A stretch of 64,000 nucleotides of DNA, from assembly GCA_951406725.2 (NCBI GenBank), contig OX597827.1, forward strand, positions 620,001 to 684,000. The letters are read 5' to 3'. This document shows, in pieces, positions 1 to 13,320 of this stretch. The position numbers and the translations under genes are program-made. Under the pieces are notes generated by a model. The model searched no databases. It was not told the origin of the DNA and saw nothing but the letters and a program-made list of their open reading frames with translations. Numbering within the stretch: the first letter of the stretch is position 1; the number at the start of each line of letters is the position of its first letter. This DNA is from Octopus vulgaris (lineage: Eukaryota).

Positions 1-639
1 TTAAAAACGATGACAACAAAAGAAAAATCAAAAATAGCAAAAGTGACAACAAAATCAAAAACAAAAAGAAAACCTAAAGCAGTGTTGCCAGCTAAACCAA
101 CCAAGAGAATAACAATAGGTGCAGAGTACCTCAACGACGACGATACATCGAACCATAAAAACTTGTCACTGTTCATCATCAAATGATTGATAGATATTTC
201 TTTTGTGTCTGCATTCAAGCAAAACCTCAGTTCTGCTATGAAACACTGCTGTTCCACTCTCCGAGACTTATGGACTGTGTGATTGATAATGAAGACTCCT
301 GTCAAACAATAAATCATACATACACAGTTACCTTTTCCCAACGCCTGGCCTCAACAACTGTCCGATATCCGATGATCGCGTGTCTGTCTGTTTGTCGAAG
401 TTCCAACAAGCAAACCAGCAGCTTGTAGTTGCTGTTGTTGTTGTTGTTACTCTTTGTATTATTTCAACAGAACTTTACTGCAATTCCATCACCATGACCA
501 TCACCACCAACACCACTAACTCCAAATTCCTTCTGCCTTCTTGCTTCTTTATTCACTTGTTCACTCTTTGAGATGCTTCCATTGTTCCGTTGTTGCCGAC
601 CTAGCTGCTTCTCCACAAACTTTTCTTTCCTTCTTTCTC

Positions 640-1300
640 ATTCTTCTTCTTCATCCCCAACTTCCTCATTCTTCTTCTTCTTCTTCTTCTTCTTCTTCTT
701 CTTCTTCTTCATTCTTCTTCATTCTTCTTCTTCTTCTTCTTCTTCTTCTTCTTCATTCTTCGTCTTCATTCTTCTTCTTCTTCTTCATTTTTCTTCTTCT
801 TCTTCTTCTTCTTCTTCTTCTTCTTCTTCTTCTTCTTCTTCTTCTTCTTCTTCTTCTTCTTCTTCTTCTTCATTCTTCGTCTTCATTCTTCTTCTTCTTC
901 TTCATTTTTCTTCTTCTTCTTCTTCTTCTTCTTCTTCATTCTTCTTCATTCTTCATCTTCATTCTTCTTCTTCTTCTTCATTCTTCTTCTTCTTCATTCT
1001 TCTTCTTCTTCTTCTTCTTCTTCTTCTTCTCCTCCTTCACCTCCTTCCCCCTCTCTTTAACCTAAACCAGAACCTACTATCTCCTCCAACAACGGAAGCT
1101 GTCAAATCATCTCTTTCAGTTTATTTTATTCATTTACTCTCATCACCACCACCACCACCACCACCACCACCACCACCACCATCACCATCACCACCACCAC
1201 CACCACCATCACCACCACCACCACTACCACCACCACCACCACCACCACCACCATCACCATCATCATCATTACCACTACCATGACCGTCATCATCATCATC
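640..1300. repeat. Compound (TTC)n and (ACC/ATC)n microsatellites
   Basis: Direct inspection; explains ORFs 541-1320. Confidence 0.95.
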
Positions 1301-2831
1301 AGCACCACTACCAACTTCACTTATTCTGTTGATACCTTCATTAATCTTATTAAGTCAGTTCTAGTCATCTGTGGCCATCACCCATAGACTGTGGACATCC
1401 TGTAGAGGCTTCAGTTGATTGGTCAATCAGTCATCCAGAGAGAGGCTGCTGGCAATACCAAATGAGGCAAGGAAAGTGTAGGTGGGGGCTGGGAAGGAGA
1501 AGGAAATTGGTGGAATATTTCTATGCTTTTTTTTAAAAAAAATTATTTCTTTTTATTTTTTTATCTGCTGCAGATCTTTTCTGCAGATCTTTTCTTATCA
1601 ACTTTCATAACACTGATGGACCACGAAATCAGACAGAGAAACTATGTGGTCGGTTGATCTGCTTGAAATAGCAACCAAATCTCCCTTACCACATCCTACC
1701 ATCTTATATAAGAATAAGAAAACTCATTCGATAATGCAGGCATACATTTGTCAAAATGAATGTGATGGTCATGGCTTTGATCACAGAATGGAATGCAAAG
1801 TGTGTCTGAGTGTATGGATGCATGAATGTGTGAATTAGAGTCTGTATAGGTGTGAATCTGTGTGTGTGTGTGTATTATAGTGTGTGCATATGTGAATGTG
1901 TGTCGATGTTTGTATATGTTTTTCTTTTGTGCCTGAATGTGTGTGTTTGAGTGTGTGTTTGAGTGTGCATGTATGTATGAATGTATTTGTGAATATGTAT
2001 GTGTATTGTGCTTAGTAGATTTCCCTTGACTAAGGACCAATTAACTTAAATTAACTAATCCCAGTATATCACAGGTACATATTTTTACTGATTGCAGACA
2101 GGATGAATAAGATTCAACCCAGGTGAAATTTGAAGGAGAGAGAGGGAAGAAGTAAAAGTAAAAGAGAGAGTAAAGGTGAGGGAAAGGGACAGATAAGGAA
2201 AGAGAGAGAGAGAGAGCTGGAAAGGGGAAAGAAAGAGAGGAAGATAAAGTGAGAGAAAGGAAGAGATAGGGAAAAAGAGAGAAAGAGGGACAGGAGACTT
2301 CAAGACTTATGGCCCTAATACTTAAAACAGTTCCATTGGAGGAATCCAAGGGTTAGGCAGTGGTGTTCAACTAAAAGCGGGATTAAGTTCCTTACCTGAT
2401 AAAAGAAATGGTACCTCTAACAGACTTCCACACAGCGGTGCTCCAGCATGGCCACAGTCAAATGACTGAAACAAGTAAAAGAGTAACAGACTTCCACACA
2501 GCTTCCATTTACCAAATTTTATTTATAAGACCATTGGTGGTTGAACCAAAACTATGGTGGAAGAGAAACTTGCCCAAGGTACCATGCATTGAATTGAACC
2601 TAGAAACCATGTAGCTGAGAAGTGAACTTCAACTTCTCATTCAAATCACTCAGTCTGCAACTGGCCATTTTAATTTGTTGCTTAAACGTTTCTAATAATT
2701 CATATTAAAAAAAAACCGAGGGGGAGGTCTTTAAAAGTTGTTTTTCTTTTATATTTATTTACTAAATGTATGTATATGTGTGTATGCATATGATATATAC
2801 AGTATATATTATATATATATATAACATATAT

Positions 2832-2943
2832 ATGGTAAGAAGCTTGATTCCCAACTACATGGCTCCAGGTTCAGTCCCACTGGATGGCATCTTGCACAAG
2901 TGTCTTCAACCATAGTCTCGGGCCAACCAAAGCCATGTATATA

Positions 2944-2989
<46 letters not shown>

Positions 2990-3142
2990 TCTCTCTTGCC
3001 ATCACTTGACAATCAATGCTGGTGTGTTTATGTTCCCGTAACTTAGCGATTTGGCAAAAAAGACTGATAGAATAAGTACTAGGCTTACAAAGAATAAGTC
3101 CTCAGGTTGATTTGTTTGACTAAAGGTGGTGCTCCAGCATGG
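2832..3142 (+). mobile_element. SINE family A copy
   Basis: Head ggtaagaagcttg...ggttcagtccc, internal (TG)n, tail ggtgctccagcatgg. Confidence 0.75.
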
Positions 3143-3724
3143 TAGCCTATAGAAAGAGGAGAGGTAAAGGAAAGAAAATAAATTAGAAATCAAATAAATG
3201 AGAAATATAGACGATATGTGAATTAAATAAAACCCTAAAGTGTTGGAAAAAAGATATATCTAGTGGAAGTGAAATGTAGAGTAATTATTCTTGGGCAATT
3301 ACTAGGAACTTAGTTAAGAATATTTCATTTAGACTGTCTAAGTTATCTGCTAATGTTGACATTTTCAATGACAAGGCTGAATTTTATAATTCTGCCTTAC
3401 TTAAAGCAGGTTATACAGATAAAGTTACCTACATTAATCCATTCAATCTTATTCTACCTTTGCTAATGGAGACATGAAATCTAGTTGTAAGGATATAAAC
3501 ATGTGTCAGATTTAAAAGAATTTGAATAACACCTGCGTTTAACTCCATTTATTTATTTATATATATTGTACAAAATATTTCACATAAACCCGAAGTTTCA
3601 ACCTTTAAAAACATGGTGTTATGCCCTTTTTACTTGTGTGATTTTTTGGTACTCTGTTAACTTTTTATCTATTTTTCCCGTGTTAATTGTAAACAAGGGA
3701 AACATACACACATCTATCTATCTA

Positions 3725-3790
<66 letters not shown>

Positions 3791-4079
3791 GAGAGAGAGA
3801 GAGAGAGACGTAAGAGAATGCACACACACACACACACATTTATACATATATATTATAATATAGTAAAATTTCTTTTCTCTCTGTCTTTTCAGTAAATCTT
3901 CAAGACAACATCACCAAAATTGAATTGCAGAAGAAAATAAATACTTTCACTTGAAAGAGGATACTTTGGTAGTAATGTGACAAAAACGAATAAAAAGAAT
4001 AAAAAGAGAAAAGTTTGAAAAAAAAAACAAAAAGGAAAAATGAAACATTTCAACATTTGTCTCTTGTTCCACTTGAGCC

Positions 4080-4091
4080 TGTCACGTGACA
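4080..4091. promoter_or_regulatory. Perfect palindromic E-box TGTCACGTGACA (CLEAR / MiT-TFE / USF type) about 450 bp upstream of the protocadherin ATG
   Basis: 12-bp perfect palindrome containing GTCACGTGAC, in unique sequence upstream of the start codon, retaining its CpG in a CpG-poor region. Function is inferred. Confidence 0.4.
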
Positions 4092-4247
4092 AACTGCAGT
4101 ATTGATGTCCAACATACACATCGATATAAACATATATAAAAGACACATCATAACCAAATAAAGAAACTCAACAAACACATTTCTCATCTTAGCATTCGAT
4201 TTCCCAGTCGAATGTTCGCTCTCTTCATACTGCTATAAAGAAAAATA

Positions 4248-4302
<55 letters not shown>

Positions 4303-4534
4303 ACGGCAGCAGCAGCAGTAGCAGTGCTACCATCATCTTCGCCACTAGCACCACTATCTGTGCTGCAATCACCAGAACCACTAGCAACTGTAGCAGCAGC
4401 AGCAGCACCACCACCACCACCACCACCATCGCCACTACAGACAACATCATCGTCAACAACAACAACAACAACAAAGCCATTTTTCTCCCCTAACATTGCA
4501 TATCCTGTGACATAAGGTTTCTAATTGTGGGAAC

Positions 4535-6964
4535 ATGTTACTGCAAAGTTGTCTATTGCTGTTGCTCGTTGACACGTACCTCTGCATAGACCTGATTTAT
4601 CAAGTTGAAGAAGGGAAAAGACCTGATACATTTGTTGGTGACATAGCAGTGGACTCACATTTGTTGGACACTGTGCCGGTCAGTGACCACAACCAGTTCC
4701 AGTTTAGTTTGCTACATGAAATTGTGATGGGTGAACAACAGCTGTTTCGTGTGACACCAGCTGGGAAGCTTTACACGGCTCAGGAACTCGATGCTGAAGC
4801 TCTGTGCAAATATAACACAGAATGCTTTACTATGGTGGAAATAGCTGTCCAACACAAAGAATCTTTTGTCAAAATATTAGACATTAAAGTGGTTGTAGAA
4901 GATGGCAATGATTTCCAACCTGAATTTTCTGTCGATCAATTTAATATATACTTTTCAGAAAGAGAAGGCAAAGGATCACGAATATCAATTCCAAATGCTA
5001 TTGACAGAGACGTCGGCGTCTTAAATTCTAAGGTTACCTATCAACTGAAAAGCAATATTGATGAACCTTTCCGATTATCTGTCTTAAAGCAAGGTGATGG
5101 CACTTCTAAATTAGCAATTATCTTGGAGGAAAGACTCAACAAAGAAGTAAAAGATACCTACCTTCTTCAAGTAATTGCTAGAGATGGTGGCTCACCACCA
5201 AAACAAGGCATTTTGAATATTAAAATATCAGTCACAGATGAGAATGACAATTCACCTATATTTTCTCGAAGCATTTACAATGTTACAGTAAACAGCAGAC
5301 ACCGGCAAAGTGTTCCAATCGTTACATTGTCAGCAACAGACCTTGATTCTGGCAAAAATGGTAATATTTCATATCATTTTAGTTCAAAGACACCAGACTT
5401 GGCTAAAAGCCATTTCATGTTGGACCACATATCTGGTGAAATATTTCTCAATAAAAGATTTACACTGAATGAGAAACAAACTTACAAGTTATTCATAGAA
5501 GCCAGAGATGGGGGCAGTCCTTCATTGAGTTCAACAGCAGTGGTTCTGGTAAATGTAGTGAGCGAAGCAAATAATGCTCCAAGAATTGATGTGAAGTTCG
5601 TTTCTAAGTCCAGTAGAAATAAAACTGTGATATCAGAGGGAGTAGAGACTGGCAGTTTTATAGCTTATGTAAAAGTATCAGACAATGATGTTGGTCGTAA
5701 TGGGGAGGTCAGCTGCAGACTACAACATGATAACCTACAGCTGAAAAGTTTAAGCAAAAATAAATACAAAGTAGTCATCAAAAAACCAGTTGACCGAGAA
5801 AAACAAAAGCAAATAGAATTCACTATTGTTTGTGAAGATGAGGGTTCGCCATCTTTAAAGACAAAAGGACACTTTTCTATCCAAGTGATGGATGTCAATG
5901 ATGTGCAGCCTCTATTTTCTAAAGATACTTTTAAATTCCTTACATATGAAAATGAAAAACCACACTTCCCGATTGGTTTCATTAATGTCACTGATCCAGA
6001 TCTTGGTTCTGGAAGTCAGTTGAATTACACATTGTTTAGCAATGATAGAGGAATTCTTCCTTTTGAAATTTCTGACTTTGGATTTATTTCAACCGCCCAG
6101 TCTTTGGACAGAGAGAAACAAGATATTTATAAATTTCGAGTTTTTGTCAAAGATAATGGAATACCACCTCTAAACAACACAGCAGATGTCATTGTTGAAG
6201 TTATTGATGAAAATGATAACCCACCATATTTCAGCTTTCCAAGTGTGAACCCTTTTAGTTTGGATGTCCACTATCATCCACAAAGCAAGAACGACATCAC
6301 AGTTTTGAGAGCATCAGATAAAGATATACGAGAAAATGCCTTCCTCCGTTTTGAAATCCTCCGTGGTAATGACAAGCAATTATTTTCGGTGAATCCCTAT
6401 TCTGGGGTGTTGTCATTCTCCCGTAAAGTCTACCAAAACGATGCCGGTTCTTATAATCTGCAGTTAGCTGTCAAAGACAGTGGCACTCCTGCTCTATCAG
6501 CAACCACAACCTTATCATTGACATTGACAGTAAGTAACAAGACCTCGACGATGTTAACAGCATTGCAAACCTTATCAGATGATAAAATTCATATCAATTT
6601 AGTAATAATTATTGTTATAGCAGCTGTCACTTTGTCCACTGCTATAGTGGTTTCCATAGCAATATGTATCATACAAAGAAACAATCAGAAAGAAATCCAG
6701 TATAATGAAGAATTTGAAATTTCTAACAAATTCCTCAGTGACTCTGAAAAATCAAAATACTTTCATGAACCGTCTTCGTCACACACTGAAGCTCAGCTTG
6801 CTCTTGCAGCAGATCTTGCCAAAAGTAGGAACTCCCCAGCCACAATACCAAGGAGAGACACACCGACTGGATTTAAGTCAACTCCCGATCACACGTGGAG
6901 AGGATGTAATTCTGGAAAACAAGTTCAAGCTGTGGCAGAAGAAGAAGAAGAAACTTATTCCCAG
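4535..6964 (+). CDS. Protocadherin, large coding exon 1: signal peptide, 6 extracellular cadherin repeats, TM helix and start of cytoplasmic tail (810 codons)
   Basis: ORF 4535-6985 has signal peptide MLLQSCLLLLLVDTYLC and cadherin motifs (DAE, DGNDFQPEF, AIDRD, ARDGG, DENDNSPIF, ATDLDSG, VDRE, DVNDVQP, LDRE, DENDNPP). TM segment is INLVIIIVIAAVTLSTAIVVSIAICII. Exon end is placed at CAG|GCAAGA (phase 0); unspliced read-through stops at 6985. Confidence 0.95.
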
Positions 6965-7658
6965 GCAAGATATTTTCTTATGTAATTTTCACACACACAC
7001 ACACACACTCACACAATACACACACACACAATACACACACACACAAAACAGACAGGCACACAGGCACACACAAAATACTTCCACAAACTCATTCACATTT
7101 ACAAAAGTCACACACATTTTCACACAAACATATTAGAGATACATACTATGAGTGTAGTGCTATTACATTTACGTAACTCTGCTAAAAGGTTACTGTAACA
7201 TTACGATGACACTACAATGACAATAATGTACTACTATGACACTACTACAACATTAAGATGTCAGAGTGTACTACCAAGACATTTCTATGACAGTGTACTA
7301 TTACACTTTTATGACATTGCCAAAAGTGTGTGTATGTGTATGCGTGTGTGTGTTTGCATAAAACAATGATACTTTTACACTGCAATATTCTATAACAGAT
7401 TTTTCTACACTGTTTATACTAAACAGTGTAGATACCACATTCACCAATGACATGAATTTTATGCAAATAATGTCTTACACAGTTTATTTAATCTTCTTTT
7501 AAAAGTGTTCTGGAAACAATATTTTTGTTGCAACATAACAGAACATATCATACATATAAGAATATGTGTGCGTGTTTATATATATACATATATATATAAG
7601 TATATATACATATATATATATATATGTATATATACTTATATATATGTGTATATATACT

Positions 7659-7692
<34 letters not shown>

Positions 7693-8092
7693 CTTATATA
7701 TGTATATATATACACACACTCACATACATACACACACACACAACATTTTTGCGTTTTTAAATAAAGTAAATTTCCCTGATGCAAGGAGTATTCTTTGTGA
7801 GTGAGGATAAAGCCATGAGAAAGTCTGTGAGACTTCTTGGAATATGTCTCCTTGTTAATATCTGGGGGTTAGGTTTATTGCACAACCTGTCCTCAATATG
7901 GCTATATTCTCTCACTTAAGTATTTTTGTACATAAGGCATGAACTTTCTCTCTCACCTGTACATTCTCATTTGTTATTTACCTCATTAAATCTTGAAAAG
8001 TCATCCTTTGTATATGATACTAAGAATGGTTACAATTTATTCCAATTTTCTTGGCACTCATTCATTGCAGTCAATAATTTGTAGCAGAAGAT

Positions 8093-9003
8093 TAGGATCT
8101 TTTCTGTTTGCATTCACTTTTTGAAATTTTCAAATTATGTGAAAATTTTCAAATTTGGAATATTGATGTTAATTTTTCATGCTGAATCTGATGACATTGT
8201 TCACTAGCTCCAGAAAATATATTTTAAAAAATGTTACTGAGATTCAAAGTTTGATAATTTTTACCCAATGAGAAACCAGGATTTGGAAGCTATAGTTTTG
8301 TGTGTGACGACAACATTACAACAATAGAACATTCATGACAATATTACAATGAGAAAACATTCAACAATGGAAGTTCTAATAAGCTTTAAGCATTTAATAA
8401 ACATTCAGTGCAAGAAATGACCAAAACAGCTGTAAAAAACATATCTTGTAGCAAAAAAAACATTAAATTACAAAAAATTACAAAAAAATAAAAAAAATGA
8501 GGACAAACTGTAGTTCAGTTCATGAATAGATGGGAATCAAAATTTCAAAAAATGAAAATTTGTGATGCTGTCGAGGATTTTGTCAAGTAAATTACAATTT
8601 TTGTATCTCCTGTACCACATAAACTTGCAGAGATATGAGTCAACCATAAAATGGTGAGTGCCAGAGCATTGTTCATTACTTCACCTTATATACTTTCCAT
8701 TTGTTGCACGTGGGTCCCATCTTTGGAGTTGATAAACCCAATGTTGAGTATGTAGAAAAACAGAAAACTTGACTTGTTACTATGGAAACAAGCACCTAAG
8801 TGTCTTTTGATTGTGGCTTTTGATTGGCTAAAATTACCGAAAACTTGCAAACTTTAAAAACTATTAACTATTTATTAATTGATAACACAAATGAATTTCA
8901 TTTCCATAATTAGCATACAAAACTACATCATTACACCAAATTTGAAATCAAATGGAACAAAATTGAAGAAATTGAAAAGTGAACGCCAAACAGAAAAGAT
9001 CTA
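8093..9003. mobile_element. Non-autonomous DNA element with terminal inverted repeats; partial second copy at about 51430-51790
   Basis: TIRs taggatcttttctgtttg and caaacagaaaagatcta. The internal ggattggctaaaatta...tagcatacaaaacta segment recurs near 51600. Confidence 0.65.
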
Positions 9004-9120
9004 AAGATTCTCACATTACTTCATTCTTTTGTATATAAATATTCTTTGTAAAAACAATGTTTTGGTTTCCAAATAATAGAAACATGCCTAGATAAATATA
9101 GATACATAAACACACACATA

Positions 9121-9474
9121 TAAGACATTTTCAAATATGATCAATAATGAAAAAGTGAAGAGAATTGCCTGTGGAGCTCAAACCTGTATCTGCTGGGTTC
9201 TGGATCGTCATATCACCAGTTACATCAAACAGGTTCTAAAGACATTTAACTATCAAAAACAGTGCTAATGAATGTGTTTATTACTCTTGTGTCACATGAG
9301 GTTCCAATATTATTATGTAGTCACTCAACCACCATTAACCAAATGGCTCCAACTATTCACAGAGTTCATTGCTGTCTAAATGTGATCATTCTGCATGTAA
9401 CAAGCTGTAGTGGTGTATCTGATGGGCAATTCTGTACACTTTTTCTATTTTCTGTCATATTTGTAAATATCTTA
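9121..9474. repeat. Inverted-repeat element with about 50-bp arms and internal tRNA-like segments
   Basis: taagacattttcaaatatga...aaaagtg..gaattgcc versus ggcaattc..cactttt...tcatatttgtaaatatctta. Confidence 0.5.
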
Positions 9475-9589
9475 CATAGACATAAAAAAATGAAAACTGA
9501 TTTAAATATAGTTAATATAAATGTATGATTATGTATATATAATATACATATATGTATGTATTTACACACACACACAACATGTGTATATA

Positions 9590-9634
<45 letters not shown>

Positions 9635-9640
<6 letters not shown>

Positions 9641-9925
9641 ATTGCAGTGTGGAAGGTGTTTATAAGCCATTTAAGAAACACACAAAACCGTTAGATTCAC
9701 TTCAACATTTAATTTTAATTTGTCAAAATATTTTCGTTGCTTTGAGACTGCGACCTGTTCACTGCAAAACTTTGAGATGCAGCATGAAGTTTTGTCAGTG
9801 AACAGGTCGCAGTCTCAAAACGACGAAAATATTTTGACAAATTAAAATTAAATGTTGAAGTGAATCTAACGGTTTTGTGTGTTTCTTAAATGGCTTATAA
9901 ACACCTTCCACACTGCAATTGTTTT
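9635..9925. mobile_element. About 290-bp near-perfect palindrome with two divergent hammerhead folds, flanked by (TA)n; probably derived from a Penelope-like pLTR
   Basis: Arms aaaacaattgcagtgtggaagg... and ...ccttccacactgcaattgtttt are near-identical reverse complements. A short unpaired tail runs to about 9980, with (TA)n on both sides. Confidence 0.8.
9791..9841 (+). ncRNA. Minimal type I hammerhead-like ribozyme, G3:C8 core variant (mirror copy on minus strand at about 9718-9768)
   Basis: Stem I TTTGTCA/TGACAAA; core GTGAACA; extra G; stem II GTCG(C)...(G)CGAC; GAAA; palindromic ATAT stem-III loop; U16.1-U17. Confidence 0.6.
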
Positions 9926-9977
9926 CGCTCCAGCACACGATCTCAGATCAAGTCACTCACTATGCAAGTACATCTCC

Positions 9978-10035
<58 letters not shown>

Positions 10036-10036
10036 C

Positions 10037-10077
<41 letters not shown>

Positions 10078-10280
10078 TTGATAAGCCATGAAAATGACAA
10101 AATATTGATAGCCACCACTCCTGAAGGGGCTTAGAGGTGAGTTGTCTTGCTGTCTATGACGTTCAAGTGTTTTAATACTCACTGCTAAGTGAAAGTCATC
10201 CCCTAAGTGCTATCCTTCAGTAAAGTGGTGAGCAAGCAAAACACATAGATTGACTATGTGTAGTTGATAACACACACACA

Positions 10281-10484
10281 CAGTCCATCAAGAAAATGTA
10301 TGCACACCTCAGGAAAGGAAAAAATCTGTATAAATATTGAACTTGTATAAGTACCCTTATAAATATAGATACCTCTTTTATCAAATTGTGATAACACTGA
10401 AGAAATTACAATAGCACTGAATTAAAATATTTATAAAGATTTTTCCTTTCTTGAAGTGTGTACACATTTTTCAATTGGACTCTG
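10281..10484. mobile_element. Tc1/mariner-like MITE with about 55-bp imperfect TIRs
   Basis: cagtccatcaagaaaatgt...aaatatt versus aatattt...ttggactctg, ending in (TA)n. Confidence 0.6.
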
Positions 10485-10520
<36 letters not shown>

Positions 10521-10535
10521 TACATATATTATATA

Positions 10536-10623
<88 letters not shown>

Positions 10624-10672
10624 TATTGGACTCTGTGTATGTATATATATATATATATATATAATATATAGT

Positions 10673-11010
10673 GAAGGCACATGGCTCAGTGATTAGAGCG
10701 TTGAGCTTATGATCGCGGGTTGTGAGTTCGAATCCCGAACTGGGCTGCATGTTGTGTTCTTGAGCAAGACACTTTATTTCACATTGCTCCAGTTCACTCA
10801 GCCGTAGAAATGAGTTGTGACTTCAATGGTGCCAAGCTGTATTGGCCTTTGCCTTTCCCTTGGATAACACTGGTGGCATGGAGAGAGGATGCCAGTATGC
10901 ATGGGCGACTGCTGGTCTTCCATGAAACAACCTTGCCTGGACTTGTGCCTGGGAGGGTAACTTTCTAGGTGCAATCCCATGGTTAGTGTCGTGACCAAAG
11001 GGCGTCTCAG
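10673..11010 (+). mobile_element. tRNA-derived SINE family C
   Basis: A box TGGCTCAGTGA, B box GAGTTCGAATCCC, core gttgtgttcttgagcaagacactt. Related copies near 15620-15870 (-), 19230-19410 and 51930-52170. Confidence 0.75.
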
Positions 11011-12707
11011 CATATATATATATATAATACATCCACAAACATATATATATGTACATGTTTTATATGCAACTGACATATATATATAAGCCATACATAAATA
11101 CACTCATACTAATACACATGCATACGGATCCATACACAATGTCCACATTGGTTGCCATGAGAGTGGTAGTGTAATTAATTGTCCAGTCTATTTGTTTTAT
11201 TTTTTTCCCTTGGCAAATAAATGCCTGTACAAGTACAGCTGGTGCTTTTCCTTCCTCTGAGACTATGATAAAAATAAAGAACTATAAAAAATACCCTTAA
11301 TTTGACATTATACTTTTCTAAATTGTCAGTAGTTCACAGGAAAATAAAGTAATGTAATCCTTTGTCCCATTTTGATGGCATGAAGAATTCTTTTTTTTTT
11401 TTATTGAATCCCAATCAACGGTTTTAATGCAGTACATATTAAACAACGGACAATTATACAAATAAAACGACAATTGAAATAAATGTTATTGTATTAAAAC
11501 AACTGTTAAACTTTGAAAGTGGTGATGAAAATACGCTTAAGTAAACAACCAACCAACACATACACTCATTAATCTATTTATGCTTATGACTAAATATCAT
11601 GTATTTATATATGCATATAAGCACACACACATTATATATGTTTGTATATGATATATGATAATACACACACACACACATATAAAATTATATATATATAATT
11701 TTATACATTGGGAATGGTGGTCACATTTTGTCAATTAAACACATACACTTTATAAATTGGTCTTTATTCAGCTTTGTTATTACTATTTTTGTTTCTTTGT
11801 CAATGCTCTTTTGTCACATATCATGTGATCTCATCAATGACTCAGAAACAATAATATGATGAATAAATGATAATTCAAATCAGAGATTACTAAATGGACA
11901 AAGCAAAACAGGAGGAGACATGTGGGATAAAAAGATGCTGCAGAGGTGACAGGATGTGTGAGGAAAGGGCATTGACAAAGAAACAAAAATAATAAAAATA
12001 AAGCTAAAGACCAAACCTATAGTGAATGTGTTTAATTGGCAAAATATGACCATTACAAAGTATAACAATACTTGTTTCAACATACAATTTCCTATCAAGA
12101 ATTTTGCAAAACAAATACATATTTAAATACATACATACATACATACATACATACATACATACATACATACATACATACATACATACATACATAAGTGTAT
12201 TTTTCATTTATATACTTATATATACATATTGTAGATTCATGCACACATTCATCAATGGATGCAAGTATGCTTACATACAGTTACACATTTATACACACAT
12301 TCGTCTGTAAATAAATATACATACACATACATACATATACTCATACAATCATTCATACATATATAAAGATACACATAAAACTGCTTATGTATATACACTG
12401 AAGGATGGTGGATCAACAGTGATGTGTATAATAATGTATACATATTTTTTGTATTTTGTCTTTCTTTTTCTTTTTCTTCCTCCTCTTTTTGTTTTTAAAA
12501 AAATATTCTATTGTTTCAAGATTTGAATGTTTTTTTATATAATATTTCTAAAAGCTTCCCTCCCAAAAATGGTCCATTCAGTTATTTTTTCTGTAAAAAA
12601 AAAAGAATTTTGTAAAAAAATTATGTTAAATAAAACGTAATCTAATGCTGAACCGTCTCCATAGTACTGCCTGACTTAGCTTTAGTTCCTGTCTTTGATC
12701 TGTTCAG

Positions 12708-12855
12708 AAGACAGCGGTGCCATCTAAAATCGATGACAAGAAAGACCATCTGACCACAAACCATTTCAGAAATTGGTCAACTACATTTTCTGATTCTGAC
12801 ACTGGCTGTGGCTGGAAAGAGGGAGACACCGCTAGACTCTACGAAGAATTACCAG
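12708..12855 (+). CDS. Protocadherin coding exon 2 (cytoplasmic: KTAVPSKIDDKKDHLTTNHFRNWSTTFSDSDTGCGWKEGDTARLYEELP-G)
   Basis: Acceptor gtctttgatctgttcag| and donor CCAG|GTAGG. 148 nt, open, phase 0 in and phase 1 out, matching both neighbouring exons. The SDTGCGW-EGD segment resembles the DSGxG-type cytoplasmic motifs of protocadherins. Confidence 0.8.
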
Positions 12856-13250
12856 GTAGGCCATCAAAAGTAAAAAAAAAAACACACAAAAACCAAAAAA
12901 TATAAATAATTAACAATAATAATAATGATGATGATGATGATGAAATTTGAAAGCAAACAAACAAAAATAATAATATAATAAATAAATAATAATATAATGA
13001 AAAATTTTCATTTTATATTTAACCAAAAATAACAAAAGAAGAAAGGAAATGAAATTCAATTTAGTGATAAAACGGAATATATAGTAGTTGAAAGGAAATT
13101 AAAAATAGATGAATATTTCATTTATAAATCAATAAATATATATTTGTTAATTAATAATTTTTCTCCAGGTACATAATTTACCTGGAGAGAACAGTAATTA
13201 AATATCAATTATGAAAATAATTTCTACAAAAGAAATTATCTGCATATATG

Positions 13251-13320
<70 letters not shown>

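Noticed and set aside
1-500. Possible coding or retroelement remnant at the window start
   Set aside because: No recognisable motif in any frame.
5665-5991. Antisense ORF inside the protocadherin (also 42639-42941 and 61248-61766)
   Set aside because: Shadow frames of real coding sequence on the opposite strand.
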